In this document: one piece after another, positions 1 to 12,379 of the stretch
Layout: each line of letters opens with the position of its first letter
Position numbering within the stretch: position 1 is the first letter of the stretch
Assembly: GCF_004010195.1 (NCBI RefSeq)
Contig: NC_057759.1
Span: 1,285,212 to 1,349,211, forward strand
Reading direction: 5' to 3'
From: Chiloscyllium plagiosum
Taxonomy: Eukaryota
DNA: 64,000 bases
Notes under the pieces: model-generated
Database searches by the model: none
What the model was told of the DNA's origin: nothing
The model's input: the letters and a program-made list of their open reading frames with translations, nothing else
Position numbers and translations under genes: made by a program

Positions 1-125
1 GGGTCATTTGCTCCAATTTGTCTAACTGACGTAAAATTGCTGGGTTTGCACCCCAGAGTGATTTTCAGACCATTTGGACAGTGTTTGAATGTTGTTCAAA
101 GTTGCTAACCACCTCACTAATTTAC

Positions 126-157
126 CTGTGTTGCCGGGAACATGCGGGAAGAAACAG
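126..157 (-). CDS. Putative 32-nt exon of an unidentified minus-strand gene
   Basis: Minus strand reads ttcctatgttctttctcttattttctccag|CTGTTTCTTCCCGCATGTTCCCGGCAACACAG|gtaaat: strong polypyrimidine acceptor and GT donor. In frame with the ATG-G exon at 1135-1119, giving MAVSSRMFPATQ. Confidence 0.45.
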
Positions 158-419
158 CTGGAGAAAATAAGAGAAAGAACATAGGAAAGTTTTACTGTAA
201 ATATTCAGCTTCTCCTGCTAGTAAATGAATCTGGATTATTTGACTGATGCGCAAGCAACGATTATTCCAATTTTAACCTTTAGTTTATATCTGTGCTGAC
301 CATTCCTCTGAACACAGCACATTTCTTTATATGTCTCCCCAAGTAATTTCGTCTGCCACTTGTTCAGCCTGCCCACATCCTCATAATGCACATTCCCAAA
401 TAGTGCTTTATTTCTTTTT

Positions 420-860
420 TAATTCACTGGTGGGTTGTGAAAATCACTGGCTGGGCCGAGAATTTATTATCCAAGCCTAGTTGGTCCCTTGAGAAGAAGG
501 TAATGAGCTGCCTTCTTGAACCACTGCAGTCCCTGTGCTGTAGGTAGACCCACGACACCATTAGAGAAGGAACTACAGGATTTTGACCCAGCGACACTAA
601 ATGAATGCTGATATATTTCCAAGTTGGGATGGTGAGTGGCTCTGAGGGAAACTTGCAGGAGGTGGTATTCTCACGTACCTGCTGTGCATGTCCTTCTCGA
701 TGGACGTCTTTGTGGGTTTGGAAGGTGCTGCCTGAGGATCTTTGGTGAATTTCTGAAGGGCATCTCGTAGCTACTACTGAGCACAGGTGGTAGAGAGAAT
801 GGATGTGGTGTCAATTAAGCAGGGGCTGTGTTGTCCCTGAATGGTGTTCGGCTTCTCAAG
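420..860 (-). mobile_element. Degenerate 3' end of a CR1/L2-group LINE (SINE3/SacSINE1-partner-type tail)
   Basis: Reverse complement resembles the tail ...ctgcagtggttcaagaaggcagctca...cttctcaaggg...ataaat...ggcccagccag...cc(c)acc...aattaaaaaa; recognised from memory only. Confidence 0.6.
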
Positions 861-892
861 TGTGGTCTACAAGGTGCACTGCAGAAGTGACT

Positions 893-1035
893 GAGTGAGT
901 GCACACGTGAAAGTATGTGTAAGTGTCAATGAGAATGTGTGTGTGTGTCTCTCTCTCTCACAGACATGCACACTTTCACACTCTCACTCAAACGCACTCA
1001 TACACATACTCTCTCATACGCACACATTCATATAC
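893..1035. repeat. Degenerate (GT)n/(CT)n/(CA)n low-complexity tract
   Basis: gtgtgtgtgtgtctctctctctcacagacatgcacac...cacacattcatatac. Confidence 0.8.
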
Positions 1036-1118
1036 TATGTGAGCAACGTCAGTTTGAAACCCACATCGAGTGCCAACTGGAGAATGATCGCCAGGGTCTA
1101 CCTGCTGGAGTGTCTCAC

Positions 1119-1135
1119 CCATCTTGTCTTCAATT
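1119..1135 (-). CDS. Putative 17-nt micro-exon with a Kozak-context ATG
   Basis: Minus strand reads ctttctctcctcatatttcttcccattaaactccag|AATTGAAGACAAGATGG|gtgaga. Confidence 0.4.
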
Positions 1136-1589
1136 CTGGAGTTTAATGGGAAGAAATATGAGGAGAGAAAGGATCAGAAACAGGGTACAATGAGTACTGC
1201 CATCTCAGTGCTGTTTGCCTGTGCTGGATTCAGAGAGGGATTTCCTGTCAATGACACCATCCCTTCAGCAAACACCAACCCCAGTGTTTCCTGTTCCCTG
1301 TTGCCCTGACCCTCTGCCAACACTCGTGTCTGTAAAATTCTCTCCAAACCCTCACCGTTGCATTAACATCATTGTTTCTGTGCAGCCTCTCTTCTTAACA
1401 ATATCCCACCGATCCAACCCAAACTATTCCATGCTAAACTCAAAAGATCGCTCTGCACCAATTCTCTCTAAATTGTCAACTAGAAATTACTGTCCCTCAT
1501 TTTCACGGCCTGCATATATCGAGGCAAAACTTCCCTTGTCCTCCACCTGTCAGTGGCAACTGGGCCATTCACAGAGAAACATCAAACAT

Positions 1590-2279
1590 ATCATCGGGGT
1601 AAGGCCATTCAGCTCCTCTAGCCTGCTCCTCCCATTCAAAGGGATCATGGCTGATCACCCAAGGCTGGTCCCTTGTCTCCCGCACTCTCTCTTTACCTCC
1701 TAAGAACTCAATCCAACTCCTTCCTGAACAACATTCAGTATTCTGGCCCTGATGCTTTCTGTGGCAGAGAATTCTACAGGCTCCCCACTCTCTGGATGAA
1801 GACATTTCTCCCCATCTCAGACCCACTCCATTTCTTTTTGACCATGACCCCATGGTTCTGGACTCTCCGCCCAGTCACCGGGAACACCCTCCCCGTATTT
1901 ACTCTGTTTCGTCCTTGTTCAAATTTATAGGTTTCTATGAGATTCCCCCTTAATTCTTCTAAACTCCAGTGAATATCATCCTAACCATTCCAGTCTCTCT
2001 CGATCTGTCATTCCTGCCATCCCAGGAATCATTCTGGGAAACCTTCACTGCACTCTCTCCATAGGCACAATATCCTTCCTCAAATAAGGAAACTTCCCTT
2101 GTCCTCCGCCTGTCAGCAGCAACTGCGCCATTCACAGAAAAACATCGAAAATATAATCAGGGGAGGCCATTCTGTGCACAGAGTTCTCCAGAGTGGGGTC
2201 TCACTCTGTTCAATTGTAATGAGACATCCCACATAGACTCAAATTCTCTCGCTATGAAGGCCTCCCAAGATCTGAGAAA
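1590..2279 (-). mobile_element. CR1 LINE 3' fragment
   Basis: Antisense CR1 ORF2 C-terminal/3' UTR motifs such as tttctatgagattcccccttaattcttctaaactccagtgaata. Confidence 0.75.
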
Positions 2280-2779
2280 NNNNNNNNNNNNNNNNNNNNN
2301 NNNNNNNNNNNNNNNNNNNNNNNNNNNNNNNNNNNNNNNNNNNNNNNNNNNNNNNNNNNNNNNNNNNNNNNNNNNNNNNNNNNNNNNNNNNNNNNNNNNN
2401 NNNNNNNNNNNNNNNNNNNNNNNNNNNNNNNNNNNNNNNNNNNNNNNNNNNNNNNNNNNNNNNNNNNNNNNNNNNNNNNNNNNNNNNNNNNNNNNNNNNN
2501 NNNNNNNNNNNNNNNNNNNNNNNNNNNNNNNNNNNNNNNNNNNNNNNNNNNNNNNNNNNNNNNNNNNNNNNNNNNNNNNNNNNNNNNNNNNNNNNNNNNN
2601 NNNNNNNNNNNNNNNNNNNNNNNNNNNNNNNNNNNNNNNNNNNNNNNNNNNNNNNNNNNNNNNNNNNNNNNNNNNNNNNNNNNNNNNNNNNNNNNNNNNN
2701 NNNNNNNNNNNNNNNNNNNNNNNNNNNNNNNNNNNNNNNNNNNNNNNNNNNNNNNNNNNNNNNNNNNNNNNNNNNNNNN

Positions 2780-3010
2780 TAGAGACCTCGCAGTCTGTAC
2801 AATATACCTCACCGGGGGAGGGGGGGGAATCTCTCCTGTGCCCCTCCACCCCCCAATAACCACCATCCTGACCCTCGGGAACGGGACATGTTGACACAGT
2901 CCGCTCTCCCTCGGCGCTTTTCCTTCCCGCGTGGCCCCGGCGCCATTTTAGCTTCAGGCCCCGCGCGAGATGGCGGTTAACGGCCGCCTCGTGCCCCAAG
3001 TGACCGTTAG
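2780..3010 (-). promoter_or_regulatory. CpG-rich promoter / candidate first exon with two YY1-like motifs
   Basis: High GC and CpG density against a CpG-poor background; CGCCATTTT at 2941-2949 and AGATGGCGG at 2968-2976; candidate minus-strand donors after 2873 (gtcagg) and 2813 (gtgagg). Confidence 0.55.
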
Positions 3011-3182
3011 CAGCTGCTTCAGGGGAAAGGCTCTTTAAAGGGACAACCCTTTCAGGAGAGAGAAACAACAGGGCCGGCTCCGGGACTCGCCAAACTCAAT
3101 AATAATGACAAATACACACACAGACAGAGAGGTGGGAGTGAACAAGAAATTGTGCGGCGGCACATCAAGACCAAAGGCCACT

Positions 3183-3272
3183 CTCCCGAAGGACGGCTGC
3201 CCCGGACTCGAAACGTTGACTCCGCTTTCTCTCTGTCTGTCTCTGGACAGATGCTGCCAGGCCTGAAGCACA
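3183..3272 (+). mobile_element. Degenerate PLE pLTR fragment, second subtype
   Basis: ...ggactcgaaacgttgactccgctttct...acagatgctgccaggcctg matches the copies at 28213, 54447 and 54623. Confidence 0.5.
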
Positions 3273-3329
3273 AACAAGGTCCTCGGGGGTGAGTCCGAGT
3301 TCAGGATCCTGTTAAGGTTCGGTTGGCAG

Positions 3330-4562
3330 ATGGATGACAGTGTGGGAGGGTATGCAATGGGATTAGAAGAATAGAGGCGGAGACTGTTTCCTAAATGGGG
3401 AAAGGTTTCGGAAATCTGAAGCACAAAGGGACTTGGGAGTCCGAGTTCAGGATTCTCTTCAGGTTAACAGGCAGGTTCAGTTGGCGGTTAGGAAGGCAAA
3501 TGTAATGTCAGCATTAATTTCGGGAGGGTTAGAATACAAGAGCAGGGATGTACAGCTGAGGCTGTATAAGGCTCTGGTCAGACCACATTTGGATCATTGT
3601 GAGCAGTTTTGGGCCCCCTATCTCAGGAAGGATGTGCTGAACTTGGAAGGGGTCAGTAGGGGGCTTACAAGAAAAATCCCAGGGATGAAGCACTTCTCAT
3701 ATGAGGAGAGGTTGAGGACTCTGGTTCTTAACTCGATGGAGTTTAGAAAGATGAGAGAGAACCTGATTGAAACTTACAGAATATCGAGAGGTCCATTCAT
3801 GCATCTGTCTAGATACATCTTTATTGATGCTATCATCTGGGAGAATGTTTCCGAACAAACAGACCGAGGGCGCGCAGGAAGACAGTTCCTTAAATGTGGC
3901 ATTTTGGCTTGACACTGTGGTGAAGTAAGCATTTGGCATGCTTACCTTCACTGGTCAAAGCACTGACGACAGGAGTTGGGGCATCATGTTATAGCTGTAC
4001 AGGATGTTGGTGAGACCATTTTTAGAATACTGTGTACAGTCCTGGCCAACTTGCTGTTGAAAGGATGTCGTTAAGCTTGTAAGGTTATAGAAAAGACTTA
4101 CAAAGATGTTATCATGGTTGCAGGGTTTGAGTTATAAGCAGAAGCTTCATAAGCTAGGAGCTTTTCTCCCCTGGAGCATTGGAGGCTGAGGGGTGACCTT
4201 ATAGAGGTTATAAAATCACGAGGGGCACAGAAAAGGTAAATAGGTATAATCTTTTCCCCAATGTAGCGGTGTCCAAAGCTAGTGAGCATAGGTATAAGGT
4301 GAGAGGGGAAAGATTAAAAAGGGACCTGAGAGGCAAATTCATCACACAGAGGGCAGTGAATATATGGAATGAGCTGCCAGAGGAAGTGGTAGAGGCAGGT
4401 ACAATTACATGGAAGAGACATTTGTAAAGGTACATGGATAAGAAAGGTGCAGAGAAATATGCGCCAAATGCAGATAAGTGGGACGAGTTGAGTTTGGGCA
4501 ACCTTGTCAGCATGGGCGAGTTGGGTTGAAGGGCCTGTTTCTGTGCTGCATGACTCTATGAA
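3330..4562 (+). mobile_element. Two CR1 (HER1-like) LINE ORF2 C-terminal fragments, the second with its 3' tail
   Basis: ORF 3433-3912 contains LYKALVRPHLDHCEQFWAPYLRKD; tail gaagggcctgtttctgtgctgcatgactctatg at about 4528-4560. Confidence 0.9.
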
Positions 4563-4679
4563 AATAGATGAGAATAACAAACTTTGCCTGAAAGACAATC
4601 AGAATGTACAGGAGGAGCTGTGAATATGTGGGGTCATTATACAGACCAATTTGTCTTGGGACAAGTCAAAAACTGACTC

Positions 4680-4872
4680 TGACAAATGTTATTTCTCTGT
4701 AGTCTGAACAGGATGTGGTCATCTCTGCCAAGGTGGGAAGTAGATGCAATTCCAAAATGTCCTTGAACTAATCGATTTGCTCAGTCAGAAGGCAGTGAAG
4801 AGTTTGCAAAGGGTTAGGAATCACATGCAGAGCAGAGCGGGTAAGGAGGTCAGATTTCATTCCCTTAAGGAC
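4680..4872 (-). mobile_element. SacSINE1-like SINE fragment
   Basis: Antisense of the ccttaagggaatgaaatctg...ccttacc...gtgattc segment shared with 12797-13114. Confidence 0.45.
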
Positions 4873-5510
4873 CACCACAGACAGGAACAGAAGAAGGCCA
4901 TTCGGCCCCTTGAGCCTGCTCATCCATTCAATAGCATTGTGGCTGATGCACCATTCCTCATGCTCACTTTCCTGCACTTAACATGTAACCCTCAATTCCC
5001 TGGCTGATCAAGAATCTATCTATCCCACCCTTAAAACTACTCCCTGTCCCCACACACAGCTTTCTGGCAAGGAGTTCCAACGACATGCAACCCTCAGAAG
5101 AAACTCCTCCTCACTTCAATCATCAATTTTGAACCAGATGATTGTTTGTTCCTGACAACAGTCATCAACTCCAGATCTGTTTTTGTTTAAAATCGCTTTC
5201 CAAATCCACCACCTGCCAAAGCAAGATTCAAATTCACATCTGCAGGGCATATCCCGGGGAGCTGAAAACATATGATTTTGCTTCCCCATTATTTCAGAAA
5301 CTGAAAGTGAATCTCATCAAAATTGAGACCGGAATAAATTGCCCCACAGCATTGAGCTAAACATTGATGTCGACAGAATCCATACAGTGTGGAAAGAGAC
5401 CATTCAACCCATCCAATCTGTCCCAAGCCAGTGAAGAGGATCCCACTCAGTCCTGACCCTACCCCCCCGTAACCCTGCATTAAACATGGCCAATCCCCCT
5501 AAGCTGTACA

Positions 5511-5858
5511 TCATAGTATCCTACAGCATGGAAGCAGGCCTTTTGGCCCATCAGCTGCATATATTGACCCTCTGAATAGCAACCAACCCAGACCCACCAC
5601 CTCTCCAATCCCTGTAACACTGCATTTCCCATGACTAATCCTCCTATCGTGCATAACTCTCACACTATGGGCAACTTAGCAAGGCCACTCCATCTGAACT
5701 GCACAGCTTTGGACTGTGGGAGGAAACTAGAGCACCCGGAGAAAACCCATGCAGAGAAGGGGAGAATGTGCAAACTCCCAATAAACAGTTACCCAAGGCT
5801 AGAATTGTTCCTGGGTCCCTGGCGCTGTGAGGCGGCAATGGTAACCACTGTGCCACCC
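5511..5858 (-). mobile_element. HE1-type V-SINE (diverged)
   Basis: Antisense tRNA-like head, V-domain core (ttggactgtgggaggaaactagagcacccgg) and CR1-like tail. Confidence 0.9.
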
Positions 5859-5883
5859 AATGTTTTTGCCAGTGGCCATGCCG

Positions 5884-6095
5884 GTGTTGGTTAGCTCAGT
5901 TGATTCTATAGTAGGCTTACAATGTACCGTCACATTAACAGCATGCGTTCAGTTGCTGCTCTGGTTGAGATTACTGTGAGTGATCATTCCCTATGCTTTA
6001 GATGTGGTGTCCCTCAGGTTAAACCAAAAAACAGTTGTTTGCTTTTTCTCCCCCACACCTTTCTCTCTCTGTCTAATGAGACAATGGTGACTTTA
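5884..6095 (+). mobile_element. tRNA-derived SINE of a third family (copies also at 8927-9125 and 39590-39790)
   Basis: A-box-like tagctcagttg, B-box-like gttcagtt, shared body gtggtg(t/a)ccctcaggttaaacca...ctaatgaga. Confidence 0.6.
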
Positions 6096-6280
6096 CATTA
6101 ACCACTTGCTAAAACATAACTCTGCTGATTAAAAATTAACTGCCCTCTTTTTCACTGCAAAATAACTTGTATGTTTCCTTCCTGATGCACTATTGGAGTG
6201 AGCTGTAAATAAAAGAAAAGACACTTTGCCAACGGTACATATCTAAACGAAGTGGGAGAGGGTGCACAGGGAGAATGAGT

Positions 6281-6594
6281 GGGCGGCACCGTGGCACAGT
6301 GGTTAGCACTGCTGCCTCACAGCGCCGGAGACCTTTGTTCAATTCCTGCCTCAGGCGACTGACTGTGTGGAGTTTGCACGTTCTCCCTGTGTCTGCGTGG
6401 GTTTCCTCCGGGTGCTCTGGTTTCCTCCCACAGTAACAAAGATGTGCAGGTCAGGTGAATTGGCCATGCTAAATTGCCCGTAGTGTTAGGTAAGGAGTAA
6501 ATGTAGGGGTATGGCTGGGTTACGCTTCGGCGGGTCGGTGTGGACTTGTTGGGCTGAAGAGCCTGTTTCCACGCTGTAATGTAATGTAATCTAA
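6281..6594 (+). mobile_element. HE1-type V-SINE, full length
   Basis: gggcggcaccgtggcacagtggttagcactgctgcctcacagcgcc...gttcaattcc (A/B boxes), V-domain, tail gcctgtttccacgctgtaatgtaatgtaatct. Confidence 0.95.
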
Positions 6595-6665
6595 GCTAAA
6601 CTTGTGGGAAACGTAAAATATGATCATAAAAGTTTACATTGATACTTGAAGAGAAAAAAATTTAT

Positions 6666-6993
6666 GGGCGGCACGATGGCACAGTGGTTAGCACTGCTGC
6701 CTCACAGCGCCTGAGACCCGGGTTCAATTCCCGCCTCAGGCGACTGACTGTGTGGAGTTTGCACGTTCTCCCCGTGTCTGCATGGGTTTCCTCCGGGTGC
6801 TCCGGTTTCCTCCCACAGTCCAAAGATGTGCAGGTCAGGTGAATTGGCCATGCTAAATTGCCCGTAGTGTTAGGTAAGGAGTAAAGGTAGGGGTATGGGT
6901 GGGTTGCGCTTCGGCGGGTCGGTGTGGACTTGTTGGGCCGAAGGGCCTGTTTCCACACTGTAATGTAATGTAATCTAATCTAATCTAATCTAA
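6666..6993 (+). mobile_element. HE1-type V-SINE, full length, young
   Basis: Same structure with (TAATC)n tail; nearly identical to 35171-35474 and 59884-60206. Confidence 0.95.
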
Positions 6994-7009
6994 TTTCCAG
7001 CATATTGCC

Positions 7010-7840
7010 TTGGGCGCTGGAGAATTTCAGTGATTGAGAGGGGTTGGACAGGCTAGAGTTGTCCTTACAGCAGAGTAGATTGAAAGAGAGGGATGTATAA
7101 AATGATGAGGGATGAAGATGGGTGAGGCAGGAAGAAACTTCCCTGCTTGATGGAGGTGGGGGAGGGGTATAGATTGAAGGTAAGGGGCAGGAAGTTTTGA
7201 AGGGATGTGAGGAAAATCTTGTTCACCCAGAGGTGGTGTGCAATCTGGAAGTCACTGCCTGTAAGGGTAGGAGAGGCAGCAACTCTCATCACATTGAAGG
7301 AGGATTTAAATGTGCACTCGTGACACCAAGACGATGGAGCCAAATGCTGGGGAAATGGGATAAGAGAATATCGAGGTGGTTGTTTGTGACCAGCACAGAC
7401 TCTGGATGCAGACTTCTCGGAAATTATGACTAACTCACTTTGAGATGTGGAAACTACATCCAAGATACCATCTAGCGTGACTTTGTACTTTTCATGTTCA
7501 GAGATGAGAGGTTTGTCGTCGAAAGAGAGATTCAGCAATTAAGGCCAATATGCTGTGAAGTTTAGAGGAGTAAGGGCGATCCAACTGAGGGATATAGGGT
7601 GGTAAAGGAGGTGGGATTGACAAAGGAGACAGAGGATGTTTCCTCAGGTGTGACAATTTAGAACGAGAGGGTCATTGTTTCAGGAGAAGGGGGTGGAACA
7701 GATTGAATCAAGAGATGTTGAGAAATGGATTCTCTCCAAGGCAGAGGGGGTGGGAATCTCTGGGAATTCACTTCCCAGTATGTGGGTGCATGTTGGGACA
7801 CTGAATAAATTGAAGGGGAGGACAGACAGATTGTTAATCA
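7010..7840 (+). mobile_element. Degenerate CR1 3' fragments
   Basis: CR1 C-terminal motifs (gatgtgaggaaaatcttgttcacccagaggtggtg). Confidence 0.7.
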
Positions 7841-8219
7841 GTCCTTCCAACGCTTCCAGAGATTTGTTTTTGTGGATCTTCCCAATCAGATGAGTACCAG
7901 CATGAATGCTGACCAGTACGTGATGATGAAGGATTAGCAGCTCACAGATTCACATTCACCATTCAATAGACTTGACCCGATCTCTGCATATTCGAAATTT
8001 CTTGCAGGTCTGTCCTCACTCATACCCTCAGCTCGATTTCTCATCACCTCACTTGGAATGAAATATTTCTAGACCATTACCCAACCAAGTTCCAATCCCG
8101 CTTGTGACAACAATTTGCTGCTGTTCGCGTGCAAAAATCCCTGACAATGAGGTCACTGAGCCAAGGTCCCAAGGAATTACCTCCTGGAATTGTCTGGAAT
8201 CTGGTTCAGAACTTTTATG

Positions 8220-10650
8220 TTCATAGAATCATAAACTTTTATTGTATGGAAGGAGGTCACTCGTGTCTGTCCCAGCTCCTGAAAGAGCTACTCAGCTAGT
8301 CCCACTCTCCAGCCTTATCTCTGTAGCCCACTCGCATTATCCCTTTCAAATTTATATCCAGCTCTCATTTCGATCCTCCTATGGAATCTGCCTCCCAAGC
8401 AGCACATTCCAAACTCAACAACCCAATAAGTTTCTCCTCATCTCAGTGTCTCACTGACAATCTTGAAATTCTTTTTAGCCAGTTACTAATAAACCAATGA
8501 ATGGGAAGCAATAACTTGCTTTCCTGTCCGAATTGTTCAAATTTTCAACACCTCAATAAGGTCACCACTTCATCTTCTCTGCTCGAAAGAGAATAAGCTG
8601 AATCTCCTGAACCTTTCCCTGTATCTAAAATCCCTCATCGTTGGTATCATTCCCATACATCTCCTTCACGCTGTCTGCAGGATCTGAATAGCCTTCCTTA
8701 AATAAGGTGTCCAGAACAGAACAAAACCAGCCTGGGTAATAGAGTGTCAATTCCCTTTGTCAAATGTATTTCTAAATTCAGCTTCTGTTGCTGGTGATGG
8801 TAAGGTGTTATACACTTGCAAAGAAATACCCAACAATCAAAGGTTTATCTCCAATATGATCTACTATTCTCCATTCAATACTTGTGCTGTCACCGGAATT
8901 AATTTCTTTTCTGCCCTCTGCTTTGAGTTGGGTCAGCTCATTTGGCTGGATGGCTGGTTTGAAATGTGGATAAAGATTGGCAGCATGGGTTTGAATCTCT
9001 CACTGGCTGACGTTATCATGAAGGACTCTCCTTCTTCATCTGTTCTCCTTGTGTGAGGCATGGCAACCCTCAGGTTAAACCACCACCTATCAGTCATCAC
9101 TCTCTCCTCTCGCTTTCTCTCTCTGACACTCCACCTGAGATCCACCAGTGTCTTGTACAACTTCAACATCACTCCCTTGTTCTTGGTCTCTGTGCCCCTA
9201 TTAATAAAGCCGAGGATGCTGTGTGTTTTATTAACTGCTCTCGTCCTGTTTTGCCACCTTCACTGATCTTTGGACGTATATCCCCAGGCTCTCTCTGCTC
9301 CTGCACCCGCTTTAGTTTTTTTTACCCCCCTAAATGTATTATCTTTTTTTTTCAACCAACTTCATTCGCCAAATTTGTGTTGAATCAATTTTGTTTTTAT
9401 TTTTGAATGTTCATAAATTAAAACCTATTTTGTTAAATCAAACTTCATTTTCTCCATCCTAGTTGTTTTGCTACTAACAATATAGCTCCACAAGAACATA
9501 CAGTCTAGGATCAGGTTGAGTCCATTTAACCCCTTAGGAACCTGCTCTGCGATCCCATCTCAGCCTCAACTCCACATTCCTGCAAACACTCGCTTTGACC
9601 CATCCCTGATTAACAATCTGTCTGTCTCCTCCAATTTATGCAGTGTCCTGGGTGGTGAGTGGTGGGGGTAGTGATCCCACAGATTTACAACCCCTTCCTC
9701 ATTTGAGAGAATTCATTCCTCCTTATCTCTGTTTTCAATCTGCCCAGCTCCTTATCCTGAACCGATAACCTCTCGTTCTAGATTCTCCCACAAGAGCAAA
9801 CATCCTCTCTTCATCTCCTTTAGCATCTGATAGCCCTCAGTTAGTTTTCCTCTCTTCCAAACTCCAGAGAAACCGCTCAGTCTCTTGTCTAAGGCAAATC
9901 CTTCATTGCTGGTAATGATTGGGTGAATCTCTTCTGAACTGCCTCTGGCCTCAAGAGATCAAAATTGTACCAGTCTCTTCTCATAAGACTAACCTTTTCA
10001 TCTTGGCAATCAATTCAGTGATCTCCTTTGAACTCTCTTGAACTCAACTACATCCCTCCTCAAGGAATGGGACCAAAACTGTCCACAGTAGTCTGGATTT
10101 GGAAACCTCAATCCCTTTTACAGATGCAGCAACAATTACCTACTTCCCTACTCAATTCCTTTCGCAATAAATGCCTTCCTTGTGCCCTGCTGTAGCTTTT
10201 GCACTGATATTTTGAACTTTCTCTCCTATTCAAATGATAACTTGCCTTTTTCAATTCTTCCAACTTCCTATTACTCCACTTTGACAGAACTGTGAACTTG
10301 AACTCCAAGTTCCCTCTATTCTACTACACTCCTTAAGGCTTTATAATTCACCATGAAACTTCTACCTTGATTTGTCTTTCCAAAATACAAGACCTCACAC
10401 ACTCAAAGCTATGCTGACCATTCCATATCAAACCTGATCTTTCCAAATGCATGTAAATCATATCTCAGAATCTTCAAGTGATTTACCTAAGATAGATTAA
10501 GGCTTAATGGTCTATAGTTCCCAAGTTTTTCTTTGTAACCATTCTTGAATAATGATACGTTTGCCACCCTCCACTCTTCTGTGACCTCACCTGTGGCTAA
10601 ATATCAGTCAGGACCCCTGCAATTTCTTCTCCAGCCTGTTGCAGTGAGGA
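8220..10650 (-). mobile_element. Cluster of old antisense CR1 fragments with an embedded SINE (8927-9125)
   Basis: catagaatcata tails and antisense ORF2 motifs; ORF MMLKLYKTLVD. Confidence 0.65.
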
Positions 10651-12180
10651 CCTAGAAATTGGACAAACTAACGGATATAAGGGCAGACCAGTTTTCTGGC
10701 CCTAACGGATTGCATCTGAGGGGACTAAAAGAGATGGCGCTCTTGGTAATTTTGTAAACTAAGCTGGACTCTGGGGCAGTTCCAGCAGATTGGAAAACAG
10801 CAAATGTGATGCCACTGTTTAAGAAGCGAGGTAGAGAAAACAAATGGGGAATTATAGACCAGTTAGCTTAACATATGTAGTGGCAAGATGCTCGAGTCTA
10901 TTATCAAGGAAGTAATAGCAAGGCATCTCGATAGAAATTGTCCGAATCGCCAGGCACAGCAGGTTATGCTTAATTAATCTTCTCGAATACTATGAAGACT
11001 TTATAAGTACGCTGAACAATGGACCAAGTGGATGTGATATATCTAGATCTCCATAAGGCATTCTACAAGGTGCTGTGCAAAAGGCTGCTGCATTAGATGA
11101 AGGTGCACGGCGTTACAGGCAATCCATTAGCATGTACAGAGAGTTGGTTAACTAACAGGAAGCAAAGAGTGGGGAAATTTGAATGCTTTTCTGGTTGGCA
11201 ATCAAGGACTAGTGGTGTGCATCAGGGATCAGTGTTAGGACTGCAATTGTTTACGATTTATACCGATGGTGTGGAGTTGGGGATCACATGTAGTGTGTTA
11301 AAGTTTGCAGATGACAAACGTTTAGAGGCATATGTTCAAGTTTGTGGGTGAAGGTCTGGCAGATGGAGTACAATGTTGGTAAATGTGAAGTCATCCATTT
11401 TAGTGGCAATAATAGTAAAAAGGACTAATATTTGAACAGTAAAAATTTGCAGTAAGCTACTGTGCAGTGGGACTTGGGGTTTCCTTGAGCATAAATCGCA
11501 GAAGGCTGGTCTGCGGATGCAACAGGTAAATACTAAGGCAAATGGAATATTGTCCTTTATTGGTGGAGGGATTGAGTTTAAAAGCAGGGTGGATATGTTG
11601 TGGCTGTATAAGGTGTTGGTGAGTCACATCTAGAGTACTGTGTGCAGTTTTGGTCTCCTTACTTGAGAAAGGAGGTACTGGCACTAAAGGGGGTGCAGAG
11701 GAGGCTCACTAGGTTCTTGAGTTGAGGGGGTTGCTTTAAGAGGAGAGACTGAGTCGGCTGGGATTATAATCATTGGAATTTAGAAGGTTGGTGGGGGACG
11801 AATCTTACAGAAACATATAAAATTATGAAGGGAATAGATGAGATTGAAGCAGAATGAAAGTTGCCACTGGCGGGTGAACCTAGAACAAGAGGGCATTGAC
11901 TCAAAATTAGGGGCAGCAGATTTAGGACTGAATTGAAAAGGAATTTCTTCACCCAGAGGGTTGTGAATTTGTAGAATTCCCTGCCCAGTGAAGAAGTTGA
12001 GGTTTCCTCATTGAATGTTTTTAAAGCTAAGATAATGTTTTGAAGAGTAAAGGAATTCAGGGTTATGGTGAGAGGCTGGGTAAGTAGAGCTGAGGCTGGA
12101 AAAAGATCAGCCATGACCTTATTGAATGGCAGAGCAGGTTCAAAGGGCCAGATTCCAACTCTTACTCCAGATTCTTATGT
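10650..12180 (+). mobile_element. CR1 LINE RT region to 3' end, degenerate
   Basis: Motifs aattatagaccagttagcttaac (NYRPVSL), SGVHQGSVLGLQLF, KFADD; 3' tail ...attcttatg. Confidence 0.9.
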
Positions 12181-12379
12181 TTGTAATTCTTAGTGGTCAA
12201 TCATCCCAAACCTAGAACATCACTGCAGGAGTTTCTCAGGTTAGTACCCTTGGCCCAATCGCTCTGAGCTGCCTCGATGACTTTACGTTTGAATGAAAAT
12301 CCAAGTTGGTACTCTGATTACACAATATGTAGCACCATTTGAGACACCTCAGGCACACGAGCAATCTCTGGCCTAACAT

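Noticed and set aside
2157..3068. Long ORFs spanning N runs (also 18671-19279 and 44095-44706)
   Set aside because: Their length is an artefact of assembly gaps translated as X.
6281..6355. tRNA-like sequence with A and B boxes
   Set aside because: It is a SINE head continuing into the V-domain and LINE tail, not a tRNA gene.
6662..6958. Recurring ORF ...WPIHLTCTSLDCGRKPEHPEETH... (also at 5631, 26827, 35159, 59922)
   Set aside because: It is the antisense reading of the HE1 SINE V-domain, not a protein family.
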